Shown here: positions 25,080 to 35,860 of the stretch, piece by piece | How the letters are laid out: every line of letters begins with the position of its first letter | Position numbering within the stretch: position 1 is the stretch's first letter | DNA from: Escherichia coli 042 | GTDB taxonomy: Bacteria > Pseudomonadota > Gammaproteobacteria > Enterobacterales > Enterobacteriaceae | Reading direction: 5' to 3' (one strand) | Length of the DNA stretch: 64,000 bases | Assembly: GCF_000027125.1 (NCBI RefSeq) | Contig: NC_017626.1 | Translations under genes and position numbers: made by a program | Notes under the pieces: generated by a model | The model's input: the letters and a program-made list of their open reading frames with translations, nothing else | Database searches by the model: none | What the model was told of the DNA's origin: nothing

Positions 25080-26405
25080 TTATTTGACTAATGAAAATAG
25101 ATCATTGAGTGATTCGCTCATCGACGGATGAGTAAATATCTGATCGCGTAATATGCTATAAGGCAGCCCGGCATCCATCACCATTTTCACTATATTAATC
25201 ATCTCGTGGGAGTCAACACACAGCAGTGATGCCCCTAATATACGTTGGGTTTTATTATCAACAATCGCTTTTAATACCCCACGGGTATCGTTCATCACTC
25301 TTGCGCGCGGAATTGCAGCTACAGGCAATATCACCACCTGAATATCAGCACCACTCTCTTTGGCTTGTTCTTCTGTCATACCAACCCTGGACAGGGGCGG
25401 TGTCATAAATACGGAATAAGGCACATTTTTCCGATCATCAGTACTACGTTTGCCTTCACCCAGTAACTCATCACGTACAATGCGGTAATCATCCAGTGAT
25501 ATGTAAGTAAATTGCAGCCCGCCGGTAACATCTCCCATCGCCCAAATATTGTCTGCGGTGGTATGTAATCGCTTGTCAACGACAATTGCCCCGCGCTCGT
25601 TTACTGCGATACCTGCATTTTCTGGATGTAACGAAGCGGTAGCCGGTTGACGACCGGAAGCTATTAACAGTGCATCCACCGCCAGTTGGGCGTGCTCGCT
25701 ATGCACTTGCACTTGATTTTCATGGTGACTGATTCGCTCCACATGGGCATTGAGGATTATATCGACGCCCTGATCGCGTAAAATCGTCGCGATATTATCA
25801 GCAATATCCCGATCTTCCCGAGGCAAAAACAGCGAAGCTGCTTCTAAAATGGTTACCTTGCTGCCAAAATTAGCGAACATAGAGGCGAACTCAACGCCAA
25901 TATATCCGCCGCCCAAAATACCTAAATGCCCAGGCAATTCTTTTAGATTAAGTAATCCGGTGCTGTCATATACTCCTGGCGTGGTGGTAATTCCAGGAAT
26001 TGGCGGAACCACGGTTTGTGCACCGGTATTAATAAAAATTTTCTCGCCATGAATTTCCAGATTTCCCTCAGGCCGATGAACACGCAGGCTATGATTATTG
26101 ATAAACTCCGCCTGGCCGTCGATCACGTCGATATTGGGCATATCCGCAAGATTATGAAAATTCTTATTACGTAAAAAATTAACCACTTCATTTTTACGCT
26201 GTATGGCACGGACAAAATCTGTGTGCTGCTGTGCGTCATGAACCAATGTTTTGGTTGGGATGCAGCCGATATTAATACAGGTCCCGCCATACATTGCATT
26301 TGATTGTTCGATGAGAGCCACACGCCAACCTGCTTTTGCCAGCGTGACGGCTAATGTTTTTCCAGCCTTGCCAAAACCAATAATAACTGCCTGATATTTA
26401 TTCAT
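25080..26405 (-). CDS. rclA: RclA, pyridine nucleotide-disulfide (FAD) oxidoreductase
   Basis: ORF 25080..26432; start set at MNKYQAVIIGFGKAGKTLAV (Rossmann GxGxxG); conserved CINIGC redox-active disulfide motif. Confidence 0.9.
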   Translation of the reverse strand: MNKYQAVIIGFGKAGKTLAVTLAKAGWRVALIEQSNAMYGGTCINIGCIPTKTLVHDAQQHTDFVRAIQRKNEVVNFLRNKNFHNLADMPNIDVIDGQAEFINNHSLRVHRPEGNLEIHGEKIFINTGAQTVVPPIPGITTTPGVYDSTGLLNLKELPGHLGILGGGYIGVEFASMFANFGSKVTILEAASLFLPREDRDIADNIATILRDQGVDIILNAHVERISHHENQVQVHSEHAQLAVDALLIASGRQPATASLHPENAGIAVNERGAIVVDKRLHTTADNIWAMGDVTGGLQFTYISLDDYRIVRDELLGEGKRSTDDRKNVPYSVFMTPPLSRVGMTEEQAKESGADIQVVILPVAAIPRARVMNDTRGVLKAIVDNKTQRILGASLLCVDSHEMINIVKMVMDAGLPYSILRDQIFTHPSMSESLNDLFSLVK

Positions 26406-26631
26406 GATGATTTCCTGTCGAAACGCGTTCATTTGACATCATGACTATAGACGCAAAAGAGCAAATAACATTTCTTCACAACGCTTGATATTTTGTCTTA
26501 TCGTCTGGTATTTTCTTTTTCTTAATCAGAATCACAAAACAAAAATCATGATTAACTATTTGATGGTATTAGATTAATTATTGACTAAGATTGTTGGTGT
26601 TTGTAATCAAAAAACCACTCAGGAGTCTGAT

Positions 26632-27486
26632 ATGGATGCTCTTAGCCGTTTGTTGATGCTTAACGCTCCACAAGGAACGATCGATAAGAATTGCGTGTTA
26701 GGAAGTGACTGGCAACTTCCACATGGTGCCGGGGAATTGTCGGTTATTCGTTGGCATGCGTTAACGCAAGGAGCGGCGAAGCTGGAAATGCCGACGGGAG
26801 AGATTTTTACATTACGCCCGGGAAATGTGGTCCTGCTACCACAAAATTCAGCTCATCGCCTGAGTCATGTCGATAATGAATCGACCTATATTGTCTGTGG
26901 CACTCTTCGGCTGCAACATTCGGCGCGTTATTTTTTAACGTCTTTGCCGGAAACGCTGTTTGTAGCACCAGTGAACCATAGCGTGGAATATAACTGGCTG
27001 AGGGAGGCGATCCCGTTTTTACAACAGGAATCCAGATCGGCAATGCCGGGAGTGGATGCACTGTGTAGCCAGATCTGCGCTACATTCTTTATCCTCGCGG
27101 TGCGTGAGTGGATTGCACAGGTTAATACAGAGAAAAACATTCTCAGTTTGCTTCTGCATCCACGTCTTGGTGCGGTAATACAGCAAATGCTGGAAATGCC
27201 AGGACACGCCTGGACCGTCGAATCGCTGGCCAGCATCGCCCACATGTCCCGGGCAAGTTTTGCCCAGCTTTTCCGTGATGTTTCCGGAACCACGCCGCTG
27301 GCTGTATTAACAAAGTTGCGTCTACAAATAGCGGCCCAGATGTTTTCCCGGGAAACGCTCCCTGTTGTGGTGATCGCTGAGTCAGTAGGCTATGCCAGTG
27401 AATCATCTTTTCACAAGGCGTTTGTTCGCGAGTTTGGTTGTACCCCGGGAGAATATCGGGAAAGGGTCAGACAGCTTGCACCCTGA
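26632..27486 (+). CDS. rclR: RclR, redox-sensing AraC-family activator of rclABC
   Basis: ORF 26581..27486; start set at ATG 26632 (MDALSRLLML) with AGGAG SD; C-terminal AraC HTH; Cys at KNCVL and IVCGT; divergent from rclA. Confidence 0.85.
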   Translation: MDALSRLLMLNAPQGTIDKNCVLGSDWQLPHGAGELSVIRWHALTQGAAKLEMPTGEIFTLRPGNVVLLPQNSAHRLSHVDNESTYIVCGTLRLQHSARYFLTSLPETLFVAPVNHSVEYNWLREAIPFLQQESRSAMPGVDALCSQICATFFILAVREWIAQVNTEKNILSLLLHPRLGAVIQQMLEMPGHAWTVESLASIAHMSRASFAQLFRDVSGTTPLAVLTKLRLQIAAQMFSRETLPVVVIAESVGYASESSFHKAFVREFGCTPGEYRERVRQLAP

Positions 27487-28004
27487 ATAAAACCGCCAGA
27501 AATCAGGGCAAAGATAATCCGCATTCCGGGAGTTGTGAGCCTTTCAACTATTTCTATTTCCAAGTTTTTTATATATTTTTTTGAAGTGGTCTGGCTTAGT
27601 AATTAAATAAAAGATACAAACTAAATTGCTTCAATTAAATAAAATGCCGATTATTACTTGATACGTAATTATTGTTGGTGATTTTGTTTGTACACCATCA
27701 GTGTATATCTCAATAACCCCTGAATAAGTAGCACTGAATAGGTATAAGGGATGTGGCCATTTTTAAATGGATTTCTTATGCCAAAAATGATCGTCGATCT
27801 CCCCATAAAATGTGAGCGATGCCGAAAGAAATAAAATTAGTTATTGCATTTGAAGTTTGGATGAAAGATTATCATTTGTCATACAAATGAGGGGTGGTAT
27901 GTTGCTAGCCAATTAAAAAAGAACGCCATATTTATTGATGATTGCTCCCCCGGAAGGGGGGAACCATCGGGCATAAATGGGCATGAAGTAATGGAGTATT
28001 AGTT

Positions 28005-28724
28005 GTGAATGTCAATTTCTTTGTCACCTGTATTGGTGACGCCCTGAAATCAAGAATGGCACGAGACTCCGTGCTGCTACTGGAAAAACTCGGCTGTCGC
28101 GTAAATTTCCCAGAGAAACAGGGATGCTGCGGTCAGCCTGCGATCAATAGTGGTTATATCAAAGAAGCGATTCCAGGGATGAAAAATCTGATCGCCGCAC
28201 TGGAGGATAACGACGATCCCATTATTTCACCGGCTGGCTCCTGTACCTATGCCGTAAAAAGTTACCCAACGTATCTGGCGGATGAGCCTGAATGGGCATC
28301 ACGTGCCGAAAGGGTTGCCGCGCGTATGCAGGATCTCACCTCTTTTATTGTTAATACATTAGGGGTAGTCGATGTAGGTGCCAGTTTGCAAGGGAGAGCG
28401 GTGTATCACCCATCTTGTAGCCTGGCCCGTAAGCTGGGGGTGAAGGACGAGCCACTTACGTTGCTGAAAAATGTGCGTGGACTGGAGCTGTTGACCTTTG
28501 CTGAACAGGATACCTGCTGCGGATTTGGCGGCACGTTCTCGGTCAAAATGGCCGAAATATCCGGCGAGATGGTGAAAGAAAAGGTTGTGCACCTGATGGA
28601 AGTCCGCCCTGAGTATTTAATTGGTGCTGACGTGAGTTGCCTGCTGAACATCAGTGGGCGATTACAACGGGAAGGGCAGAAAGTCAAAGTGATGCATATT
28701 GCTGAAGTGCTGATGAGCCGCTGA
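28005..28724 (+). CDS. ykgE: YkgE, LutA-like Fe-S oxidoreductase subunit (CCG domains)
   Basis: 239-aa ORF starting at GTG with GGAG SD; Cys-rich CCG-type motifs (CCGQPA, CCGFGG). Confidence 0.85.
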   Translation: MNVNFFVTCIGDALKSRMARDSVLLLEKLGCRVNFPEKQGCCGQPAINSGYIKEAIPGMKNLIAALEDNDDPIISPAGSCTYAVKSYPTYLADEPEWASRAERVAARMQDLTSFIVNTLGVVDVGASLQGRAVYHPSCSLARKLGVKDEPLTLLKNVRGLELLTFAEQDTCCGFGGTFSVKMAEISGEMVKEKVVHLMEVRPEYLIGADVSCLLNISGRLQREGQKVKVMHIAEVLMSR

Positions 28725-28734
28725 GGATATAAAG

Positions 28735-30162
28735 ATGTCGATCAAAACCAGTAATACAGATTTTAAGACACGCATCCGTCAGCAAATTGAAGATCCGATC
28801 ATGCGCAAAGCGGTGGCAAACGCGCAGCAGCGTATTGGGGCAAATCGGCAAAAAATGGTCGATGAATTGGGGCACTGGGAGGAGTGGCGCGATCGGGCCG
28901 CCCAGATACGTGATCATGTTCTGAGTAATCTCGACGCTTATCTGTACCAGCTCTCAGAAAAAGTGACGCAAAACTGCGGTCACGTCTATTTTGCAAAAAC
29001 CAAAGAAGACGCTACCCGCTACATTTTACAGGTTGCCCAACGCAAAAATGCCCGGAAGGTGGTGAAATCTAAATCGATGGTGACCGAAGAGATTGGTGTC
29101 AATCATGTGTTGCAGGATGCTGGCATTCAGGTGATTGAAACCGATCTGGGTGAATACATTCTCCAGCTGGATCAAGATCCGCCCTCTCATGTTGTGGTCC
29201 CGGCAATTCATAAAGATCGCCATCAGATCCGTCGGGTGCTACACGAACGTCTGGGCTATGAGGGGGCGGAAACGCCTGAAGCAATGACCTTATTCATCCG
29301 GCAAAAAATCCGCGAAGATTTCCTCAGTGCTGAAATAGGTATTACCGGCTGTAATTTCGCGGTGGCAGAGACCGGTTCGGTATGCCTGGTGACCAATGAA
29401 GGTAATGCGCGAATGTGTACCACGCTGCCTAAAACGCATATTGCAGTGATGGGAATGGAGCGTATTGCCCCCACGTTTGCCGAGGTAGATGTATTGATCA
29501 CCATGCTGGCGCGCAGTGCCGTTGGTGCACGTTTGACGGGATACAACACCTGGCTGACAGGACCGCGCGAAGCGGGGCACGTTGATGGTCCTGAAGAGTT
29601 TCATCTGGTTATTGTCGATAACGGGCGTTCTGAGGTGCTGGCCTCTGAATTTCGGGATGTGCTGCGCTGTATTCGCTGCGGGGCTTGTATGAATACTTGT
29701 CCGGCATATCGCCATATTGGCGGTCATGGATATGGCTCTATTTATCCAGGGCCAATTGGTGCGGTGATTTCTCCGCTACTTGGCGGCTATAAAGATTTTA
29801 AAGATTTACCCTACGCCTGCTCTTTATGCACTGCTTGTGACAACGTGTGTCCGGTGCGTATTCCGCTGTCAAAACTGATTTTGCGTCATCGTCGGGTGAT
29901 GGCTGAAAAAGGGATCACCGCAAAAGCAGAGCAACGGGCGATAAAAATGTTCGCTTATGCCAATAGTCATCCAGGATTGTGGAAAGTCGGGATGATGGCT
30001 GGTGCTCATGCGGCAAGCTGGTTTATCAATGGCGGCAAAACACCACTCAAATTTGGCGCGATTAGCGACTGGATGGAAGCACGCGATCTTCCTGAAGCTG
30101 ACGGAGAGAGTTTCCGTAGTTGGTTTAAGAAACATCAGGCGCAGGAGAAAAAGAATGGATAA
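28735..30162 (+). CDS. ykgF: YkgF, LutB-like iron-sulfur protein (4Fe-4S ferredoxin domains plus DUF162/LUD)
   Basis: 475-aa ORF; two CxxCxxCxxxCP ferredoxin motifs (CIRCGACMNTCP, CSLCTACDNVCP). Confidence 0.9.
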   Translation: MSIKTSNTDFKTRIRQQIEDPIMRKAVANAQQRIGANRQKMVDELGHWEEWRDRAAQIRDHVLSNLDAYLYQLSEKVTQNCGHVYFAKTKEDATRYILQVAQRKNARKVVKSKSMVTEEIGVNHVLQDAGIQVIETDLGEYILQLDQDPPSHVVVPAIHKDRHQIRRVLHERLGYEGAETPEAMTLFIRQKIREDFLSAEIGITGCNFAVAETGSVCLVTNEGNARMCTTLPKTHIAVMGMERIAPTFAEVDVLITMLARSAVGARLTGYNTWLTGPREAGHVDGPEEFHLVIVDNGRSEVLASEFRDVLRCIRCGACMNTCPAYRHIGGHGYGSIYPGPIGAVISPLLGGYKDFKDLPYACSLCTACDNVCPVRIPLSKLILRHRRVMAEKGITAKAEQRAIKMFAYANSHPGLWKVGMMAGAHAASWFINGGKTPLKFGAISDWMEARDLPEADGESFRSWFKKHQAQEKKNG

Positions 30163-30850
30163 TCGGAGCGAATTTTTGAATAACGTTGCTCAGGCACTGG
30201 GTCGCCCGCTGCGACTTGAACCGCAAGCAGAAGATGCGCCGCTTAACAACTATGCTAACGAGCGGCTTACCGAACTTAACCAACAGCAGCGCTGTGACGC
30301 GTTTATTCAGTTTGCCAGCGATGTTATGTTGACGCGCTGTGAGCTGACCAGCGAGGCGAAGGCGGCAGAAGCTGCAATACGTCTGTGTAAAGAGCTGGGA
30401 GAGCAGTCGGTCGTGATTAGCGGTGACACGAGGTTGGAGGAATTGGGGATTAGCGAACGTTTGCAGCAGGAATGCAATGCCGTTGTTTGGGATCCGGCGA
30501 AAGGTGCCGAGAATATCTCGCAGGCAGAGCAGGCTAAAGTGGGTGTCGTGTATGCTGAATATGGTTTAACCGAATCGGGAGGCGTGGTTCTTTTTTCCGC
30601 CGCCGAGCGCGGGCGTTCATTGAGCCTGCTCCCGGAATCTTCTCTTTTTATCCTGCGTAAAAGCACAATCCTGCCGCGTGTAGCGCAACTCGCAGAAAAA
30701 TTGCATCAGAAAGCGCAGGCCGGTGAACGAATGCCGTCCTGCATTAACATCATTAGCGGCCCTAGTTCAACGGCGGATATTGAGCTTATCAAAGTCGTCG
30801 GGGTTCATGGTCCGGTGAAAGCGGTGTATCTGATTATTGAGGATTGCTGA
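30155..30850 (+). CDS. ykgG: YkgG, LutC-like protein (LUD domain)
   Basis: ORF 30002..30850; start set at ATG 30155 (MDNRSEFLNNVAQ), overlapping the ykgF stop by 8 nt; 231 aa. Confidence 0.85.
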   Translation: MDNRSEFLNNVAQALGRPLRLEPQAEDAPLNNYANERLTELNQQQRCDAFIQFASDVMLTRCELTSEAKAAEAAIRLCKELGEQSVVISGDTRLEELGISERLQQECNAVVWDPAKGAENISQAEQAKVGVVYAEYGLTESGGVVLFSAAERGRSLSLLPESSLFILRKSTILPRVAQLAEKLHQKAQAGERMPSCINIISGPSSTADIELIKVVGVHGPVKAVYLIIEDC

Positions 30851-30956
30851 GAGAGATATGAAGTCTGGACATAAACCTGAAGGCGGCATACGAGGTTGTG
30901 AATAGCGTTAAGGACAACCTGACTTAACCCCGTTCCGTCATGGTTATGCTGCTCTT

Positions 30957-30997
30957 CTGTAAATATCCTGACATTAATAATGCCAGGATATTTACAG
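30957..30997. repeat. Perfect 14-bp inverted repeat (hairpin or dyad site) between convergent ykgG and ykgH
   Basis: CTGTAAATATCCTG - 13 nt - CAGGATATTTACAG, read directly from the sequence. Confidence 0.5.
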
Positions 30998-31092
30998 TGA
31001 AAAAGACAGGAATCCATTCCTGAAGACGGGCTCCCTTCCCGGTCATTGTCACTTCAGTTTTATACAGGCACTCTCTATCAGAATGCTGTTTA

Positions 31093-31761
31093 TTACTGCC
31101 CAGAGTTTTGTTGGTATTCATCTACCATTTTTTTGACAAGACAAAACATTACAGAAATTACAATGCTTAGAAAAAATCCCAGAATCAGGCAAATGGCAGC
31201 AGGGTATTTATTTTTTATTTCTGGTGAGCTTATAGTGACACAGTCATCACCGTTCGGATACAATGACCAGTTCCTGGTCAGGTATATCATTTTTGTATAA
31301 AGCTCACTGTTAATTGCTGAAGGCGTTTGTATCTCATCAAGAACTTGCCTGCCATTATGGTATTCTGACGCATACCATTTGATAATAGACGCATGCACGC
31401 GAGATATTTCCACTTCAGCAGTTGGTAAATCTCTCTTATCTCCTGACCATTCCAGCTTTATTTCTCTGTTCTTGACATCTGGGCTGGTGTGAAAAAATGT
31501 AGTAATTCGCTGTATAACATCTTCAGTCATTGTGGTCTGACAGGCAAAGTTATTATTGCTATCACAGTTAACAAGTATGCCTGGTGTTGTCTGATTTATT
31601 TTTAGGCTGTAACTCACTTTTATATTATCTTTATTGATATACAGAAATAAAAGCACCATTGCCATACAGATGGCTATAATAAAAAGGATAACACGAATCT
31701 TTTTCTTCAGATAAAATAAAATCTCAATCAGATCGATATCCTGTTTGATTTGTTCATTCAT
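31093..31761 (-). CDS. ykgH: YkgH, predicted inner-membrane protein
   Basis: 222-aa ORF with N-terminal and C-terminal transmembrane helices. Confidence 0.8.
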   Translation of the reverse strand: MNEQIKQDIDLIEILFYLKKKIRVILFIIAICMAMVLLFLYINKDNIKVSYSLKINQTTPGILVNCDSNNNFACQTTMTEDVIQRITTFFHTSPDVKNREIKLEWSGDKRDLPTAEVEISRVHASIIKWYASEYHNGRQVLDEIQTPSAINSELYTKMIYLTRNWSLYPNGDDCVTISSPEIKNKYPAAICLILGFFLSIVISVMFCLVKKMVDEYQQNSGQ

Positions 31762-31956
31762 AATATATCCAGAAAATGAAATCTGTCGCAGATAAGGTTG
31801 TATTAATAGTCTGTATCAGGAATGTTCAGGGTAAATATCAGCAAAAAGCCAGCATCATGAATACTGGATATGAAGCATGAGAGTTACCTCAGTGTTTTAT
31901 ATAAGGATTCGGTCCTCATAGTAGAACGGTAACTCTCAATCTGATAGGTTCCTGAG

Positions 31957-33645
31957 TTAGTTCAAATCACGACTCATTTTTTTCGCTCTTACTGGCATCC
32001 CATTTGCCACAAAATATCTTGCCGTGCTCCTCGGCAACGCTTCTTGCCCGCGAATCATATCCGCTATTTTCTCGCCAATCATAATCGTCGTGGCGTTCAA
32101 ATTGCCGGTGATAATCTGCGGCATAATCGACGCATCCACCACACGCAGGCCTTCTAACCCGTGTACGCGGCCTTCGGCGTCAACCACTGCCATCTCGTCA
32201 TAACCCATTTTGCAGGTACCGCACGGATGAAACGCGGTTTCGGCGTGGTTACGCACGAACTCATCGAGCTGCTCATCCGTCTGACATTCCGTGCCGGGGC
32301 TGATTTCGCGGCCACGGTATTGATCCAGCGCGGGTTGATGCATGATCTCGCGGGTGATGCGAATTGCGTCGCGGAACTCCTGCCAGTCCTGCTCGTGCGA
32401 CATGTAGTTAAACAGAATCGCTGGATGCTGGTGCGGGTCGCGGGATTTAATCCGCACATGCCCACGGCTTGGCGAGCGCATCGAGCCGACGTGGCACTGG
32501 AAGCCGTGCTCTTTCACTGCATTCGAGCCGTTATAGTTAATCGCCACTGGCAGGAAATGGTACTGAATATTCGGCCACGCAAATTCCTCACGGCTGCGAA
32601 TAAATCCGCCTGCTTCAAAGTGGTTGCTGGCACCAACGCCGGTGCCGCCAAACAGCCACTCCGCACCGATTTTCGGCTGATTCCACCACTGCAGGGCAGG
32701 GTAGAGGGAAACCGGTTCTTTGCACTCATATTGCAGATACATCTCCAGGTGATCCTGAAGATTTTCGCCGACGCCAGGTAATTCATGCACCAGCGGAATA
32801 TCAAACTCCGCCAGCAGTCCAGCGTTGCCGACGCCGGAGCGTTGCAGGATCTGCGGTGAAGCAATCGCGCCTGCACATAACAGCACTTCTTTATTCGCCG
32901 CCGCGCGGGTCGGAATGGTGCTGTCGCCTTCCAGCCACTCGACGCCCACCGCGCGTTTGCCGTCAAAAATGATGTGATCGGTCATGGCGTGAGTACGAAT
33001 GGTCAGGTTAGGGCGCGATTTGGCCTGATCGAGATAGCCACGCGCGGTGCTGGCGCGACGGCCATGCGGCGTGACGGTGCGATCCATCGGGCCAAAACCT
33101 TCCTGCTGATAGCCGTTGAGATCGTCCGTGCGCGGGTAGCCCGCCTGCACGCCCGCTTCAATCATCGCTTCAAACAGCGGATTGACGCCGGGTTTGGAGG
33201 TGGTGACGCTCACCGGGCCATCACCGCCGTGGTAGTCGTTCTCGCCCACATCGCGAGTCTCGGCCTTGCGATAGTAGGGCAGACAGTCGAGGTAGCTCCA
33301 GTTCTCCAGACCGGGTTCTTGCGCCCAGTTATCAAGATCCAGCGCGTTACCACGGATGTAACACATGCCGTTGATCAGTGATGACCCGCCAAGCCCCTTA
33401 CCGCGTCCGCACTCCATGCGACGGTTATTCATAAACGGTTCGGGCTCCGTTTCATAGGCCCAGTTGTAGCGTTTACCCTGTAGCGGGAATGCCAGCGCGG
33501 CGGGCATCTGGGTGCGGAAGTCAAAGCGATAGTCCGGGCCGCCTGCTTCAAGCAGCAGCACGGTTGTGTTCGGATCTTCAGTCAGACGGGTAGCGAGGAC
33601 GTTGCCGGCTGAGCCGGCACCAATAATGATGTAGTCAAATTGCAA
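31957..33645 (-). CDS. betA: Choline dehydrogenase (GMC oxidoreductase)
   Basis: ORF 31957..33690; conserved N-terminus [20 protein letters not shown] begins at an in-frame TTG (33645) preceded by GGAGG, so a TTG start is proposed. Confidence 0.9.
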   Translation of the reverse strand: MQFDYIIIGAGSAGNVLATRLTEDPNTTVLLLEAGGPDYRFDFRTQMPAALAFPLQGKRYNWAYETEPEPFMNNRRMECGRGKGLGGSSLINGMCYIRGNALDLDNWAQEPGLENWSYLDCLPYYRKAETRDVGENDYHGGDGPVSVTTSKPGVNPLFEAMIEAGVQAGYPRTDDLNGYQQEGFGPMDRTVTPHGRRASTARGYLDQAKSRPNLTIRTHAMTDHIIFDGKRAVGVEWLEGDSTIPTRAAANKEVLLCAGAIASPQILQRSGVGNAGLLAEFDIPLVHELPGVGENLQDHLEMYLQYECKEPVSLYPALQWWNQPKIGAEWLFGGTGVGASNHFEAGGFIRSREEFAWPNIQYHFLPVAINYNGSNAVKEHGFQCHVGSMRSPSRGHVRIKSRDPHQHPAILFNYMSHEQDWQEFRDAIRITREIMHQPALDQYRGREISPGTECQTDEQLDEFVRNHAETAFHPCGTCKMGYDEMAVVDAEGRVHGLEGLRVVDASIMPQIITGNLNATTIMIGEKIADMIRGQEALPRSTARYFVANGMPVRAKKMSRDLN

Positions 33646-33658
33646 ATAAACCTCCTGG

Positions 33659-35131
33659 TTAGAATATGGACTGGAATTTAGCCATCTCAACCTGGATGGA
33701 CTTCACCTGGGTGTAACTCTGGAGCGTCATCACGCCGTTCTCGCGACCAATGCCGGAGTGTTTGTAGCCGCCAACGGGCATCTCAGCAGGGGATTCGCCC
33801 CAGGTGTTGATCCAGCAAATACCCGCTTCCAGCTGATGAATGACGCGATGCGCGCGGTTCAGGTCCGCCGTCACGATGCCCGCCGCCAGGCCGTAGTCGG
33901 TATCATTGGCGCGGCGAATCACTTCGTCCTCAGATTCATAAGTGAGAAGCGACATCACCGGACCGAAGATCTCTTCGCGCACGATAGTCATTTCGTCGCG
34001 GCAATCGGTGAACACGGTCGGTGCAACCCATGCGCCGTTATCGAAGCCATCGCCTTTCAGTACATCGCCGCCGCACAGTACGCGCGCGCCTTCCTCTTTG
34101 CCTTTGGCGATATAGCGCAGCACGTTATCGCGATGCGGGAAGCTGACCAGCGGGCCGAAGTTAGTTTGCGGATCGAAAACGTCGCCCGCGCGAATGCGCT
34201 CAACGCGCGCCAGAATCTTTTGTTCAAATGTGGCTTTGCATTTCGCCGGAACGAAGACGCGGGTGCCATTGGTACACACCTGACCGGAGCTGAAGAAGTT
34301 CGCCATCATGGCGATATCAGCGGCGAGATCGAGATCTGCATCGTCGAAAACGATCAGCGGTGATTTACCGCCCAGCTCCATGGTCACTTCTTTCAGGGAG
34401 GAAGCCGCCGAATTAGCCATCACTTTTTTGCCGCTGGCGACACCGCCGGTAAATGACACTTTGGCAATGCCCGGATGCTCGGTCAGATACTGCCCGGTTT
34501 CCGCACCTACGCCCGGCAGCACGTTAAATACGCCGTCCGGCAGGCCCGCTTCGCTGTAAATTTCGGCCAGCTTTAACGCGGTAAGCGGGGTGACTTCGCT
34601 CGGTTTGAAAATCATCGCGTTGCCTGCCGCCAGCGCCGGTGCGGATTTCCACAAGGCAATCTGGATCGGGTAGTTCCATGCGCCAATCCCTGCCACTACG
34701 CCCAGCGGTTCGCGGCGAGTATAAACAAATGACGTCTCACGCAATGGGATCTGGCTGCCTTCCAGCGACGGGATCAGCCCGGCGTAGTACTCGAGCACGT
34801 CCGCGCCGGTAACGATATCGACGGTTGAGGTTTCCGAATACGCTTTTCCGGTGTCGAGGGTTTCCAGTTTTGCGAGTTCGTCATTGCGTTCACGCAGAAT
34901 ATCAACGGCCCGACGCAGAATACGCGAGCGTTCCATAGCGGTCATCGCTGCCCAGATTTTTTGCCCCTGTTGGGCACTCTTCACGGCGCGATCGACATCC
35001 TCACGCCCGGCGGCCTGCACGGTCGCCAGCACGTTACCGTTGGCCGGGTTAATGGTCTCGAAGGTGCGACCGCTGGTGGCGGAGGTATAACCACCATGTA
35101 TATAAAGCTGCTGTTCTGCCATTCGGGACAT
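33659..35131 (-). CDS. betB: Betaine aldehyde dehydrogenase
   Basis: ORF 33659..35134; start set at [10 protein letters not shown] (ATG 35131); aldehyde dehydrogenase motifs (ELGGKSP, catalytic Cys region). Confidence 0.9.
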   Translation of the reverse strand: MSRMAEQQLYIHGGYTSATSGRTFETINPANGNVLATVQAAGREDVDRAVKSAQQGQKIWAAMTAMERSRILRRAVDILRERNDELAKLETLDTGKAYSETSTVDIVTGADVLEYYAGLIPSLEGSQIPLRETSFVYTRREPLGVVAGIGAWNYPIQIALWKSAPALAAGNAMIFKPSEVTPLTALKLAEIYSEAGLPDGVFNVLPGVGAETGQYLTEHPGIAKVSFTGGVASGKKVMANSAASSLKEVTMELGGKSPLIVFDDADLDLAADIAMMANFFSSGQVCTNGTRVFVPAKCKATFEQKILARVERIRAGDVFDPQTNFGPLVSFPHRDNVLRYIAKGKEEGARVLCGGDVLKGDGFDNGAWVAPTVFTDCRDEMTIVREEIFGPVMSLLTYESEDEVIRRANDTDYGLAAGIVTADLNRAHRVIHQLEAGICWINTWGESPAEMPVGGYKHSGIGRENGVMTLQSYTQVKSIQVEMAKFQSIF

Positions 35132-35144
35132 CACGTCTCCTCGG

Positions 35145-35732
35145 TTAATCGGTGGGTAAATGCTGAGAAATAAAGTGACGGGTCAGCGAGTGTGCGAGAG
35201 GTTTATCCAGCGGTTTGCCGCTCAGTGCCGCGCGCAGCCATAATCCGTCAATCAGCGCGGCAAGTCCGTAGCCCGCTTCCTGCGCCTGTTGGCGCGGTAA
35301 CTCGCGGCGAAATTCGCTCACCAGATTCGACAATAAGCGGCGGCTGCTCACCTGCTGCAAACGGTAAAGCATCGGCTGATGCATACTGCTGGCCCAGAAC
35401 GCCAGCCAGGCTTTCATCGCAGCATTACTGACCTGAGTCTCATCGAAATTCCCGTCAACAATCGCCTGTAATCGCTGCTCTGCACTGCCCTGCGGAAGTG
35501 CATGTAATCGATTCAAAACCGCGTCACGCAGCTGAGTGGTGATATCGCGCATGGTTGCTTCCAGCAGACCATTTTTGTCCCTGAAATAGTGGCTGATGAT
35601 CCCCGTAGAAACGCCTGCACGGCGGGCGATCTGCGCGATCGTTGCATCGTGCATGCCCACTTCATTTATTGCTTCCAGCGTGGCGTCGATCAGTTGTCTG
35701 CGCCGGATCGACTGCATCCCCAATTTGGGCAT
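35145..35732 (-). CDS. betI: BetI, TetR-family repressor of the bet regulon
   Basis: ORF 35145..35750; start set at [14 protein letters not shown] (ATG 35732); TetR HTH. Confidence 0.85.
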   Translation of the reverse strand: MPKLGMQSIRRRQLIDATLEAINEVGMHDATIAQIARRAGVSTGIISHYFRDKNGLLEATMRDITTQLRDAVLNRLHALPQGSAEQRLQAIVDGNFDETQVSNAAMKAWLAFWASSMHQPMLYRLQQVSSRRLLSNLVSEFRRELPRQQAQEAGYGLAALIDGLWLRAALSGKPLDKPLAHSLTRHFISQHLPTD

Positions 35733-35776
35733 TTTCGCCACTCCATTCATCAGCGTTGTTTATCTATTAAAGCGGT

Positions 35777-35796
35777 TATTGATTGGACGTTCAATA
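35777..35796. promoter_or_regulatory. Dyad-symmetric candidate BetI operator in the betI-betT divergent promoter region
   Basis: TATTGA - 8 nt - TCAATA inverted repeat in the 128-bp intergenic region. Confidence 0.45.
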
Positions 35797-35860
35797 TAAA
35801 ATGTGTCTTAATTGTTACGAATTTGATTTTAAATGGTAACAATAACAGTGGGGATACTGG

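Noticed and set aside
32161-34363. Long antisense ORFs within betA and betB (206 aa, 201 aa, 135 aa)
   Set aside because: Opposite strand of highly conserved enzyme genes; Arg/Ala-rich composition typical of GC-rich antisense frames.
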